From positions 19,761,432 through 19,825,431 of the forward strand of contig NC_092679.1 of assembly GCF_964355755.1 (NCBI RefSeq): a stretch of 64,000 nucleotides of DNA. Direction: 5' to 3'. The stretch's first letter is position 1. Each line of letters begins with the position of its first letter. Source of the DNA: Antedon mediterranea (taxonomy: Eukaryota > Animalia > Echinodermata). Below the pieces are notes generated by a model. That model searched no databases. It saw nothing but the letters and a program-made list of their open reading frames with translations, and was not told the DNA's origin. The translations under genes were made by a program, and so were the position numbers. Positions 14,488-54,748 of this stretch are shown piece by piece.

Positions 14488-15223
14488 ATGTCCATATACA
14501 GAGACAACGCACCCATATATGGTCATCATTTGTCCATATACAGAGACAATGTACCCATATATGGTCGTTTGTCCATATACAGAGACAATGTACCCATATA
14601 TGGTCGTTTGTCCATATACAGAGACAATGTAACCATATATGGTCGTTTGTCCATATACAGAGACAATGTACCCATATATGGTCGTTTGTCCATATACAGA
14701 GACAATGTACCCATATATGGTCGTTTGTCCATATACAGAGACAATGTAACCATATATGGTCGTTTGTCCATATACAGAGACAATGTAACCATATATGTCA
14801 TCATTTGTCCATATACAGAGACAATATACCCATATATGGTTGTTTGTCCATATACAGAGACAATATACCCATATATGGTTGTTTTTCCATATACAGAGAC
14901 AATGTACCCATATATGGTCGTTTGTCCATATACAGAGACAATATACCCATATATGGTTGTTTGTCCATATACAGAGACAATATACCCATATATGGTTGTT
15001 TTTCCATATACAGAGACAATGTACCCATATATGGTCGTTTGTCTATATACAGAGACAATGTACCCATATATGGTTGTCCATATACAGAGACAATGTACCC
15101 ATATATGGTTGTTTGTCCATATACAGAGACAATGTACCCATATATGGTTGTTTGTCCATATACAGAGACAATGTACCCATATATGGTTGTCCATATACAG
15201 AGACAATGTACCCATATATGGTC
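14488..15223. repeat. 39-bp minisatellite, about 19 copies, downstream of the PP1 stop codon (probable 3' UTR)
   Basis: Unit TGTCCATATACAGAGACAATGTACCCATATATGGTCGTT; produces the repetitive ORFs in all frames. Confidence 0.95.
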
Positions 15224-16170
15224 ATACATTCATACATGGCATGGCATAACAATGAAACATTTTGATGGCAAGTTTAAACTTCTCTTGAAAAATAATATGT
15301 AATAAATCCGACAGAGCTGTACATAAAAGAAAACAAAAATATTACATATTCTTTTTGTTTGTATTAACCATATAAAGTGTAACATTAAGATACAAAACCT
15401 GACTTGGAAAGTGGATTAAAATTCTTTTTCTTAAAAATCAAACTCACGGATAATCACAACTGTTGTTCTAAAAAATCATCTCAACAACCTTTGGAAATGA
15501 TTGTTTTAATAAATAGAAACATCATGTTTTTAATATACCTAGAGAAATCAATACACAACTTTCTATATATAAAGGAAATAAGGAAAATCAATCAATAATA
15601 ATAATATTAGTATCAAGGTAATAACATTTTTACACACAAAAATGTGTATGTTACAAACTTCGAGAAAATTGAAAAAATCGTTCTCGACTCAATAGAATAT
15701 ATGGTATAGTGAAAAGCTGTAAACAAACTATATCAGAATAATATTTGACAAAAACTGTAATATTCCGATATTTAGGCATGTATAAACCAAATATTGAAAT
15801 ATTAATATAATTTTTGTCAACAAATATAATTTGCTTACAAAAAAACAGCGAACCGAAAATATTTTGTGGCGTGATAACATTATTACCAACTGCAATGTAA
15901 TTTACAAATGATTGTAACCTGCCTAGATGTTAACAAATTCTCTAATGTTTAAACCTTCTACTAATAAACCAAATGTGAAAAAGATGTTTTTTTAATATCT
16001 TCGCCAAAGATTTCATTGTGTCGACTTGTCCGTTGTCCTTGAATCTGTTCTTTTTTATAGTATTTTTTACATTTTTCTTCAAAAAAAATCACACCAACAC
16101 AAATAGATTCGCCAGGCTTCACTAGGAGAGTCTGAACCAGATGACATCACCAGTCGCTGGTAGGAGTATG

Positions 16171-39550
<23,380 letters not shown>

Positions 39551-39562
39551 GGTGAGTAACTC

Positions 39563-39597
39563 TGACGTCACTGCCCACCAGCAAACACCATATTTGG
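39563..39597. promoter_or_regulatory. CRE (TGACGTCA, 39563-39570) and CArG box (CCATATTTGG, 39588-39597) just upstream of the PP1 ATG
   Basis: Exact consensus matches within 50 bp of TCACCATGG start context; function is inferred. Confidence 0.55.
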
Positions 39598-40934
39598 ATA
39601 GAGCGCCGCCAACTAGGGTCTAAAAGATCGTTGAACTTTCTCATACCTTAAGGATACATGTAAATAATATATGACAATCAATAATTAATAATAAAAAATG
39701 TTATTTTTTTCAAATTATTATTATGAATATGAGTATAATAAACCTTACTAGTGCTACTATTCATTCATGTATTACTGTATCAATAAACTATATACATCTT
39801 CCCCATAGTAACCAGGTATAATACCCCCAGCAGTAATTAACCACATTTAATATTTGAAATAAAAACTAAATTATATTTAACTTTTTACTTGTATTTGTCC
39901 AGTTTGTAAATATGACCTATCCTATCATTCTACTATTATTATACTAGTATAATTATACAGAGAGTAATAACTTATCCTGTTATACCAGTTTGTCGCCCTC
40001 ACTATATTAGTACCGTGCGAAACTTATATAAGCAACTTAGTACTTGTTTTTTTAGTACGTTGATATATAATTTGTTTTATATAAAACTATTTTTATTATT
40101 AATGAATTAAATTGTGAAGTATACAATGATGTATTCATTAGCCGCCATCATCGCTAGAATATGTGGAAATTGTATCGGCGCGATGTTGTTAAGTTGGGTG
40201 TACAGTAATAACGATTTTTTTTAGGTTGGGTAGGTGATAGACATAATTTAGGTAACAGTGAAAGATTTTCTTTAATTATATAATATATAAAAATAACGCG
40301 GAATGAGATATGTCATCCTTAATAATAATAGTCAATGTGAATTACTGTTTAGTAAAGTCTAAAACCCCACTGAACCGACTGGTCACGTCAATTTCCTGTA
40401 TTTTGCATATGCACCACCTGTGCATACCACCCGCATGTACAGGTGTAAAGCACTATAAAAGGGTGTGTAAACGTACAATAATTGCACAGTACAACATCTA
40501 CTCCACCAGCTGTGACACGCACGCAGCTGGTCGTGCCAAGGCGGCTCGGCTTGTAACTTTTTATTTCATTCATTTTAGTTGATTTTCGTCTACTTTATGC
40601 GAATCCAGAAGCAGTCTGCTCAAAACGATACCAACGAAAGTTGTCGACACCACCATGGACGTAAAGCCGGTGGTCGACTTGTAACCTTAAACCAAATTTT
40701 ACGATTGATCATCTAGCGGACTACATCGGTTATTTATATATTATATTTTCAGTAAGTGTTTTACCGCCGAATTGCCGCTTAAAATTACGATGTGGCTCAA
40801 AGGGTTTTTTAAGGTTTTTTTTATGCTTTTTGCTATCTTATCTTGCAGGTTTTATTTTCTCCTCTTCGCCTGGCCGATGTTCGGATTCTCAACTACCAAT
40901 TGATTTCATTTTTGTTAAAGCATTATATAACATC

Positions 40935-41211
40935 ATGGTACGTATTTCCCACTTCACGTAACGCTTTTTCCTAGGCCTACTTTGTTCACTTTTTTAACCG
41001 CCTTTTTTTTCTTTTTTTACAGCAAGCAAGACCATCTTTCAAGCCGCCTCCAACTGTGTATCTTACTTTCGTTATCCAACAAAAGACGCAATCGCGTACG
41101 ATTCGATTATATAACTTTCTTGTCGACGTGTGCGGACTTACAAAGAGCAAATGTATAGTTGAATGTGTATATATAATTTTGAGTTGTTTATTTTCATACT
41201 ATGCTCTGTAA
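40935..41211 (+). other. Candidate spliced small ORF (63 aa) or lncRNA/LTR-like unit
   Basis: ATG|GTACGT at 40935-40943, acceptor T-tract-ACAG at 41022, 62 open codons to TAA overlapping AATAAA; TATAAAA at 40454; no recognised homology. Confidence 0.3.
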
Positions 41212-41883
41212 ATAAAATATTTATAAAATAAACTAATTTTGTTTTCTCTTCTGTATATGCCTGTTGTACGTAATATTACCGACGACCGACTAGAGCCCCA
41301 AGGAACTTTCCACCCCTACTAACCGACGACAACAGCACTTTAAACAAACATTTTTGGCCAATGATTTCTTAAAATTATATATGTTGGCCAGCTCCCAACA
41401 TATTTTCCGATATTTTGAATCTTCCAACGACGCTTTCCATTTGTCTGGTTATGGCGGGATGGTTTGTTTCCTTCTAACTTCTTTCTTTATTCTTTATAAA
41501 AATATATGGGTCCCTCTCGAAAACCCACCTGAACAAAATGCCCAGGGAAGCTTTTCATTGTTGAAGGAAAATAATTATTTTTATAGTTTTAAATTGGCCA
41601 CCATATCACCATATTACTCTGATAAAGTTTAAGTCAAATTCGAGCCAAAGTTTACATTAATCGTTGCATGATGAGGTATGTTTTGATCGAACTTATTTTT
41701 TGGTATTTCTTCAAAATATTTTTTATTTTATATACATCTTTAACTGCGTCAAACATTACAAATACACATATCAAATTTACATTTTATTATCTCGCCAATG
41801 ATCACACAATAAAATATACATTGTACAAAAGCATCCAGTAGCACAGTAATCGTCCTTCATTAAGTTTAACATGTCCAGTCTCT

Positions 41884-42842
41884 TCATTTGGACACCATAT
41901 GCCTCATTAGTGTACTGTTAAACTTCTCTAGTTTCTTCATATCTTGTGCATGTTCTGTCTTGTACTGTAAACACTGTACAATAAAGTTAAAGTTTAGTAA
42001 CATGTTTATCTTATTGCAATAAATCTGTTTAATATAATATCTCTACATAGTTTTGAACTGGTCTCTCTTATCAGGGCGGATCCCCTTTTTATATTATTAT
42101 ATAGGAAGGATCTTATCCCTGCTAATCCACCTTCATCCCATTTTATTTCCACGAAGTTATGGTTATATTTCTGCACCTAATGCACTTTCACACCTAATAT
42201 GCACCAATCAATACGTTCAGGAAGTAGTCTTCTAGGGGCTAAATAAAAAGTCCACCCCTTTTTTTAAATTAAAAGCCTGCAAGAAATCACTTACTCTTAC
42301 GTCGTCAGTAACCTTTATTTTCATTGTTCCATCACAGTGCCTGTATTTTAATACCACTCTAGCCTAAAAAAGAATGGTTTTACTTCATTACTATGGGTCT
42401 GAGATATTTAGTAGTAGTATAATGACCGTTGTATATAAGTATACAGTATAATTAGAAATTCATTAATTTAGTTTTAGGCCTAAATAACATTAATGTAGAA
42501 ATTAAGTTTTCTGTACTACGAACTAGCTAGGCCATTCCTTTACTTCTTTTAAAAAACATTATCTAGGCTTAGACCTAATTAGAACAAACGAAAAAGAGAG
42601 CTAGGCCTAGGCAATGAATTGGCCAATTCAGCATTGCATGAACCATGGTAGAAGCTATACTTTCCCTGTCTGATCGATTCGTCGACAGCTGGTAGTTCTC
42701 TTAAGTAGGCCTAGGCGTTTTAGCTGTATTTATTCGACTTAAAATCAACTCTACTATTAAAAATACTCACTTTTGAAGGATCTGAAAGGTACAATCGTTC
42801 AGCTGCCTTTGAAAATTCGTCCCATGATGTTAAATATGGCAT
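41884..42842 (-). CDS. SRP9: Signal recognition particle 9 kDa protein
   Basis: Exons 42771-42842, 42295-42363, 41884-41973: [76 protein letters not shown]. Confidence 0.96.
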
Positions 42843-43243
42843 TGTTTTAATACAATACGTTAAAAATATACAAGCCCTACCACTTTCCACGACGCACAAA
42901 AATACAAACGCTAAAACATGCCTTATCATACTTCAGGTATATAAAATATACCATATTGGTAAGTCGTGCATGTTCTACTTGTCTGGCGCAGGAAGTCTAT
43001 ATCTGGAAATACGAATTCTTGGGAACTTAGGGGGTTCGTATAATTTATTAAAACTTGAAAAATGAACTCTTTTGGATATTTCTTTATTATTTTAATTGAA
43101 AGTAACGAAACTTAAATAACACAAATCAAAATATTTGTATGTATAGTTTTATTTCAAAAATCCCTCTGCCTATTATATATAAATGTAAAATTATATAATA
43201 TTTTATTCTTATTTTATAGCATGAATATTGAAGAAGAATAGCA

Positions 43244-47316
<4,073 letters not shown>

Positions 47317-48241
47317 AATTAATTTAAATACTGTTTTAAGTGCTGTATTTAGGAAAAGTATATGGCCTAAGCCTAGTAAAGTAAGTGTAGAGAGTAGTAG
47401 AGCGATAAAAAGGGAAAACCCCAGCTACTGTTTCACAGACACGTGACTATCCAGAAAACCCGATCTGATTGGTTGACACAGATTTTCAGACGCAGACGAC
47501 TGGAGCTTGCTCCTCCCCTTCTGCTTTTCTCATTTATACCATGGAGAAATAAGTTTGTCCATTGTTTATACACGGTATAAAACATTTGAAGACAAACACA
47601 TTATACAGATTAAAATATCATTTATTCACTAGTTTTTCAAATGTTTAAATAGAAAAATTAAATTACTTAACATTGTTCTTGTTGGGGCCTCATGTCAATT
47701 GTCAAACATAATTTAAATTAAGTTATTTACAATAAACCTAATTTATGGCAGTTAAATAATATCAAAATAAAATATTGTTTAGACTCCTTGATAAATTTGA
47801 CCTGTGTTAAATATGAAACCCAATATTATGAGTTTTTTTAAAAATGTTTACATATTGTTAATTATTATTTATTATTTATTTCTTATAACAGTAATTAATT
47901 AATAATGAATGTTAAAGTTTACTTTATCAAATAATCACAATGTAATAAAAAATGATGATAAAAGATGAATGAATTATGAATCTCTTTTCCATTATGAAAT
48001 AAATGACACATATATAGCATATTGAATGTGATAATCTAATCTTCTATTTTATATTGAAATACAATTAATAGCTGTAGAAAAAATATATTATTGCCAAAAA
48101 TTAAATGATGGAGCAACAAAATAATTATCTTATTTTGTTGCTCCATGGTTAATTTGTAAACTATAAACGATAAGAATAAAAATGCAAAAAGTTTTCATCA
48201 GACTAATTTTATCATATTTAACAGGTCAAAGGTCAATTAAA

Positions 48242-48472
48242 CAATTGTCGTATTCGATTGGGAACTTTCGTTGTCAACGTAAAGATTCGTTGAGTACTTT
48301 TTGTATTCGAATTGTAAATTTGTGCTCAACAGAAAGTCATTCGAATAGAAAACGTTGACAACGAAAGCTTTTTTGTTAAGAACAATCTCAACGCTCAAAA
48401 TACTCCGTTAAAGAAGTACTCAACGGAAAAACTGTACTCAACGGTGAAAGTCTAAATCGAATACGACAATTG
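48242..48472. mobile_element. MITE in ERLEC1 3' region
   Basis: TIRs CAATTGTCGTATTCGATT / AATCGAATACGACAATTG; internal CTCAACG/CGTTGAG repeats. Confidence 0.7.
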
Positions 48473-49161
48473 ATTCGGAAAGGTAACCACACCGGTAAAG
48501 AAACATGGTTGTTTTGCACAATCAATTTACAGCCTTCCACAAATCAAGTACAGTTCATATTTACAGTAACATTGATGCAACAAACAAACTAAACAAATTC
48601 TTTACAATCATAAGCAGATTAACATGATGTTAACAACATAAGTTGTACTATGAAATATGGATATTTCCAAACATGGATTAGGTGGCTGTATAGAGAAATC
48701 TAGATGTTAAAGATTTATTGTCACCATAAAAATATCAAGATTAATTAAATCAGACTTTGAATATGTCATTTCAAAGTTGTAATATAGTTAATCACTTTCG
48801 TAGGAAAAAAAAAAAGCTTTCACATATAAAATGACAAAATATATGGTTAAATTTAATCAAAAACCCATTTGGCTGGCAGCCAATTTGGCTACTTTTTGCT
48901 TTGAATTACAGTTTTTCAGGTAAATGTTTTTTTCCATCCAATTTTTGGTCAAAGTGGATAACTATTATGTGACATTAAAATGGCAGATTCAACAAAGAAT
49001 TTGTAAATAATTATTTTTTCAGGGGGACAATACATCTTTAACGGTTTGTAATGTACAGTATAACAATAATAAAAAATGATCCTATAATACACATTATTGT
49101 TTATTAGGTGAAATTGTTTTATTAGGTTTAGGTGAAATGTATTGGTTGAAATACTAAGAAA

Positions 49162-52100
49162 TTATGGTGAATAATTAAACAATCCATTGACATCAACTGT
49201 TGATAATAACGGGCAAAAAATGGAAGACTCAATCTGTAAAATAAGAAGATATAAAAACATTATTGTTATTATTGTATTCTTATTAATATACAAATTTATT
49301 ATTAAATATTGCATAAAAAATGTTTGATAGATATGTCGGATTCAGAAATATAACACGACAATGCTTTTCATGACATGGGATTAGTCGGTAAAATAAGTGG
49401 TAAACTTACTGTTAAAATATAATCACATGTCAATGGTTCTTGTAGTGATAATGAGACGGCAGGCAGTTTGAGTGTTTCTTTACATTTTAACCTAACTTGA
49501 ACCTGTCTTGCTTTACCAGTAAGGTCACATATATCACCATTGCCATAAAACTGACTGATGATTCTACAGGAGAAAGAAAGAAATTAAACTACCACTAAAC
49601 TAATAAATGAATCAATCAATAAATCAATTCACCAATAATCAATCAACTAATAAATCAATTCACCAATAAATAAATTAATCAATAAATCAATCCACTAATA
49701 AATCAATCAATCAATCAACCAATAAATCAATTCACCAATAAATCAATCAATAAATTAATCAATCAACCAATAAATCAATCCACCAAAATAAAAAAACCAA
49801 TACATTAATCAATTCAACTATAAATCAATCAACCAATAAATAAATCAATCCACAAATCAATCAACAAATAAATAAATCAACCCAACTTAAATAACTAACA
49901 GACTGATAAATTGATATATCATTAAACCAATAATCTAAATCATCAAAATCAATAACAGTGATTTTGCAGTTTGCTTACGCTGGGTTTTGTGTTTTTAATC
50001 TTTTTGATGAATGATACCATTTTATATGTTCAACTGTATTCCAAGTTCCTAGCGTTATTGTGCTTGAGCGAACACCTGTTCTTTCCTGAAAAGAATATTA
50101 AATTAATTAATTATATTAATAAAAATTGTTCAATTACTTATAACAGCTGTACAGTATGTTGCATGCATTTGCAATTCATAAACATACATATGTTCAATAT
50201 TCTGGTGACATAGAAAAAGGAATAATTGTAAAAAAGTGTTGAAGGAATTTGTTACAGATAAGGTTGTAAAAAATTCATGTAAAGCCTCATTCCTACCATT
50301 TAAATATATTTGATCATCAGAAAGGACGCTTACCTCATGATATTGCTGTACAAATTTCCCATAACAAAATGTGTACATCCACCAGCTTCTACCACCCTGC
50401 AAATATCAGAAAATAACTATCAAGAATCTGGTAAGCAATAATTGTCACCCAGTAACTATTTAACTATAGCCCCCTCGATAATTGCCACCCAGTAACTATT
50501 TAACTATAGCCCCCTCGATAGTTTTAAACCAACAATGAGGGAAGAATTATTTGTTTACAAAGTTACAATGTATTTCTAAATGTTTTTTTCGTTTACAAAC
50601 ATCTCCTCTGGATAGTAAAATGCTGTAATCTTAAACCTTACCCCTCCTGATAGACAGTATTCCCCTTTGAAGAATGCTTTCAGAACGGATGTGTCTATTT
50701 TTGGTAGTGGTTGCACTGTGGCTGGCATTTCCTCTGTAGTTCTTTTTGTCGTGCTCTCCTTAGGAGGCTGTTAAATACAGAAATTAATTTTTTTTTTAGT
50801 AGTTATGGATATGTAATGCATTAAATACTCTACTATACAAAGTGCCAATATATGATATAATAATAATATATAATGCTCAACCTAATTCTTTTTATTCAGT
50901 ATTTCCTTTATGACATCATAGTACAAAATCAAAGGAGAGACCATGAATTTAATTGTCATTATGTAATAAAGCAAACTTACCGTAATAGGCGAGTATTGAT
51001 TTTGACTGTTTGCGTCATTTAGCCTCTTAAATCCAGCTGGTTTTATAGGAGAACCAGCGAGTGGCTGGCATTTGATATGATTCTCTGGAACTTCTTTAAT
51101 TCTGTAAAGTAAATAAGAGTTATTTTGATATAAAGGAAGAAAGATCCATGATATTTTGGTGGCGGAGGAATCTCAACATGTCTCCCATTAAGATCCCTAA
51201 CTTAAAGACGTTTTGTAAAAATAATACATACATATTACTTTCAAAACATTAAACAAGGTCATTGTTTGTCCTAAATGTATTATGGTAAATTATGATAAAA
51301 CGAGAGAAACAATGCACTACCTAAGTAGCTCGCATTGAATGTCCTCTTGTGGATAGTCTTTAGGCCTAGCCTGATGTTGTCTAGTTGCTGCACTAATTGT
51401 CTTTCTGTTTTCGCCAGAATCCGCTAATACCATATAGTATATATTTTTACATTAAATGTAGTTTGTGACCTTAAATTAGATCTAAAAAACGTAGGGAATG
51501 GGTATTTAACTTACATTGAAAATGACTCAACGTGTACGATAAACACACTTACTTATATTGTGGATGAGAACACAAGGTTGGCGATAGTACAAGACCCTCA
51601 TATTCACACGTGCTGACCTCTTCAATGTTAGCCAGCTCATTGCGAGCAAGAGGATCACAAACATAACGTAGTCGCGTTAACCGCGCTTTCTTGGGCTTGA
51701 TGTCGCATAGTGTGCCATTTGAAAATAGTACTTCGTAGTATGGCATATCTTTTCCATCAATCTTTTTTGTTGGGATCTGTAAAGTATTTTTTTAACATGT
51801 AGTGATATTTGTAGAAAAAAGTTAAGGAATAGGTTTTGTTTTTTTTTCACGCAGAAGACGTGTGGCGCAGTGTGTTGGACGCTGGTTTACTGATCGTGGT
51901 TCAAATCCAACTCCCGCCGCTTTGCTTGTATCCTTAGGCAAGACACCTTTACTTACTGTACATTTGCCTCTCTTCACCCAGGTGTATAAAATGGGTACCG
52001 GTTAGATCAAGACACAACTTTGTGTTGATTACTAGCTGCATTATTATGGAAGTATGTTTCTATACATGCATGATCTAAAAAATGTCTGTGGGAATAATGC

Positions 52101-53450
52101 GCATTGAGAGCCTGCTTATATGCGCTATATAAAAATGAATTATTATACTCAATAATAACAAATACTCTGAATTTTTTACCGATTTTGGAACACTCTCTGT
52201 GATAGCTGGCGCTTCATATCGGCCTAAAAAATATTCAACTAACTTTATTTCCTGAAATAAAAAGATAAAATAGTGTTTGTTATTAATTGATACAATCATA
52301 CTAAAAGCTATTGATGTAAGTGATTCCAAAATAAAAGGCAGAATTCTTACATTTCCTGGCAACTTTTCCTCATGATATTGTCGTAAATGTTTGCCATGGC
52401 ACATTTCATATGTCCAATATGGTTCAATCTAAAAACAAAACAAAAAATGTTGAAAGGGGAGTAATAATATAATATATATAATGGTATTTATTTTTATTAA
52501 AAAACATCTATAAAACCTGTAGACTGAATTACAAATTAATTTAAAAAAACTAAAATAAATATAAAAAATATTATTAAATATTATTAAAAATCACAATTTA
52601 TGTGACAAAAAATGTGATGTGTCCATATATTGACATGATGAAATCATATCACTACCATATTTGGGCACACCTTTTTTGCCCAAACTAGTTAAGCTAGAGC
52701 TTTACACCTATCATTGCACACAGGCTACTCCATACCTTATATACACATATTTGTTGTTTAAATAATGGTTTTAAAACAATTTTAGCTGAAGGTCCGCTAT
52801 AAGCTGTATTCTTCATCTCATCATTGCCTGTTTTTGGGAAAAAACATCGGTATTGTTCTTTATCCGATGTTGTCATAACAACTGAACTTTCTTCCGATAA
52901 TTCCTCTACCTAGGAAAATGAAACAGAACAAAGTATATTTATAAAAAAAATACACAATTTTTAATCTTTATTTCAACACACCTCAAATAGCAAATTTAAC
53001 AGGTTGAGATTTAAAACCATCTTTTCTGAACTCTGAAGTCTCCGTTAAGCTTTAGCAGTAAACTCTGGTACATCAGCGCAAGGATTTAGAGGTTGATCCA
53101 AGATTTTTTTAATAGGGGAGGGATATCAAATAGTATTTCATAATTTTATTATAGCTGTGAAAATGGGAAGCGTGCCGCAAGCACTTGTTGACGACAGTGT
53201 GTACTCTTTCAAACATACTGACACAGTATATTGGTATGCAGTACCTATTTATACAACTTGGTAAAAAGATAGAATGCTATGCCCATGAGAGTGAGACAAG
53301 GCAGGCATTCATACTCACTAAAGACTGTGGTTTCTCTACCCACTTAAGACGAAACAAAACATCATCCAATAAAAAGTCACTTTTCCCGATGTTTATCTGT
53401 GTTAATATTGCTATGAATATAAGTACAAAAATCCGTCTTAATATCGCCAT
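49162..53450 (-). CDS. ERLEC1: Endoplasmic reticulum lectin 1 (XTP3-B/erlectin), two MRH domains
   Basis: Exons 53319-53450, 52736-52909, 52351-52428, 52180-52251, 51553-51776, 50981-51101, 50642-50767, 50334-50396, 49979-50085, 49410-49563, 49162-49233: signal peptide, [58 protein letters not shown]. Confidence 0.94.
49605..49880. repeat. Degenerate (AATC/AATA)n microsatellite
   Basis: AATCAATCAATAAATCAATTCACC-type repeats in ERLEC1 intron. Confidence 0.85.
50439..50520. repeat. 40-bp tandem duplication
   Basis: TAATTGYCACCCAGTAACTATTTAACTATAGCCCCCTCGA twice. Confidence 0.85.
51206..51505. mobile_element. Internally deleted Kolobok-like element
   Basis: TTAA flanks; left part matches about 33765-34070 and right part matches about 36350-36426. 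Confidence 0.75.
51855..52148 (+). mobile_element. tRNA-derived SINE with CORE-like centre and L2-like tail
   Basis: A box TGGCGCAGTGTG, B box GGTTCAAATCC, centre GTATCCTTAGGCAAGACAC...CCCAGGTGTATAAAATGGGTAC, tail GCGCTATATAAAAATGAATTATTAT. Confidence 0.75.
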
Positions 53451-54042
53451 CTTCAGCCTATCATACAGGTTGCACAATTATCCAATTTGACATTTATTAA
53501 AAGGCCTACTTTTTCAATTAAAAGAAATCAGTATTGCTTATGGATGATGCATCTGAAAATAAACAAAAAGGTAATCATTAATAAATAATAATATAGGCCT
53601 AGTGATTGCTACTATATATTCATTACAGATTCAATCAAGATTATCATTATCAACATCAATTAATCAATAAATTAAATAGGGCTAGACACGGCTCAATCAA
53701 TTTAAAGAAAAAAACGTTATACATACTGCTCAATGAGGCCGACCACCACCACTCCCCTAGCTTAGCTATAGGCGGCCTAGAGAGCCTATCTACATTATTG
53801 CATGAGGCGTGTGTGGTCCTCCTAGACTAGAATCTAGGCCCTCTAGGCTAGTAGCCCTAGCTAGCTAGTAGGAGGAATACCGCTAGGAGGCCTAGCCGGC
53901 TAGAAGATTCTAGGTAGGCCTAGCCTAGGCCTACATAGTTAAACGGCACATGCCTAGATCTCGCTTGGCATTAGTATATGTATTATATTAAAACTATAAA
54001 AATTTGATAATACTGTATATAAATTTAAAGGTAAAATCTGAC

Positions 54043-54205
54043 CTTAATCTATGTTGCAAAACCGTCGCGACACAGCAGATCGACCATCAACACAAATGCC
54101 ACATCACATAACAAACTCAACCACCCGTATGCGTTATAGCAATAGAACGACGCGTTTAAATCGAAAATAATCGCGAAACACAATAATCTTTTTCATTCTG
54201 CAAAG
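54043..54205. promoter_or_regulatory. Probable bidirectional promoter with non-coding first exons of ERLEC1 (-) and EIF1AD (+)
   Basis: Minus-strand donor at 54042 and acceptor at 53553; plus-strand donor at 54206 and acceptor at 54659; CpG-rich core between. Confidence 0.55.
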
Positions 54206-54748
54206 GTAGATGTGTTTTGTTTTTAAGAAATGTTGACGCGTCAACACTTTTCAAAAACGGAATAAATTAATTGCGCCATCTTGTGCAATTTGTATTTTAA
54301 TTTTTGATACTTTTGGAAAACATGTGTCAATCTGTTTCTAACGTTTTCTGCAATTTCGTCTCTCTAGTTTTCATTGATTTCGTCTCCATATTTTCAAGAA
54401 AATAACGACACTGATTGCCTCCAATTATGGCATTCTAAACCCCATCGGGGCCAAGTTTGTAGAACTTGTTTCGGCTAGCCACTGTAGGCTAGACATTCCA
54501 ACAACGGAACAGCTATCTCCAACGGGAGAGAAGAGCTTTGAAATCTAGGCCTAGGAATTAATTTAAACTAAAACTTTCGCCAGAAGGGTTGAACTGTGCA
54601 ATATACTGAGTACTAGCCCTAGCCTAGGCACATATATTATTTGATATAGATTTTTACAGAAAATTGAGACCAAAAAAAAAATTTAATTCCAAATTTTGTC
54701 AACTAAAAAAGACTAAAAGAGGTAGATAAGTGTGCGGACAAATTTAAA

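Noticed and set aside
14388-15302. ORFs of 142-304 aa in several frames; CRISPR-like regularity
   Set aside because: Translations of a 39-bp tandem repeat; units are adjacent with no unique spacers and no cas genes; eukaryotic context
51855-51915. Possible tRNA gene
   Set aside because: No intact cloverleaf; continues into SINE body and tail
53540-53571. Plus-strand ATG exon MDDASENKQK followed by GTAAT
   Set aside because: Better explained as the reverse complement of the ERLEC1 acceptor; splicing to 54660 gives an immediate stop
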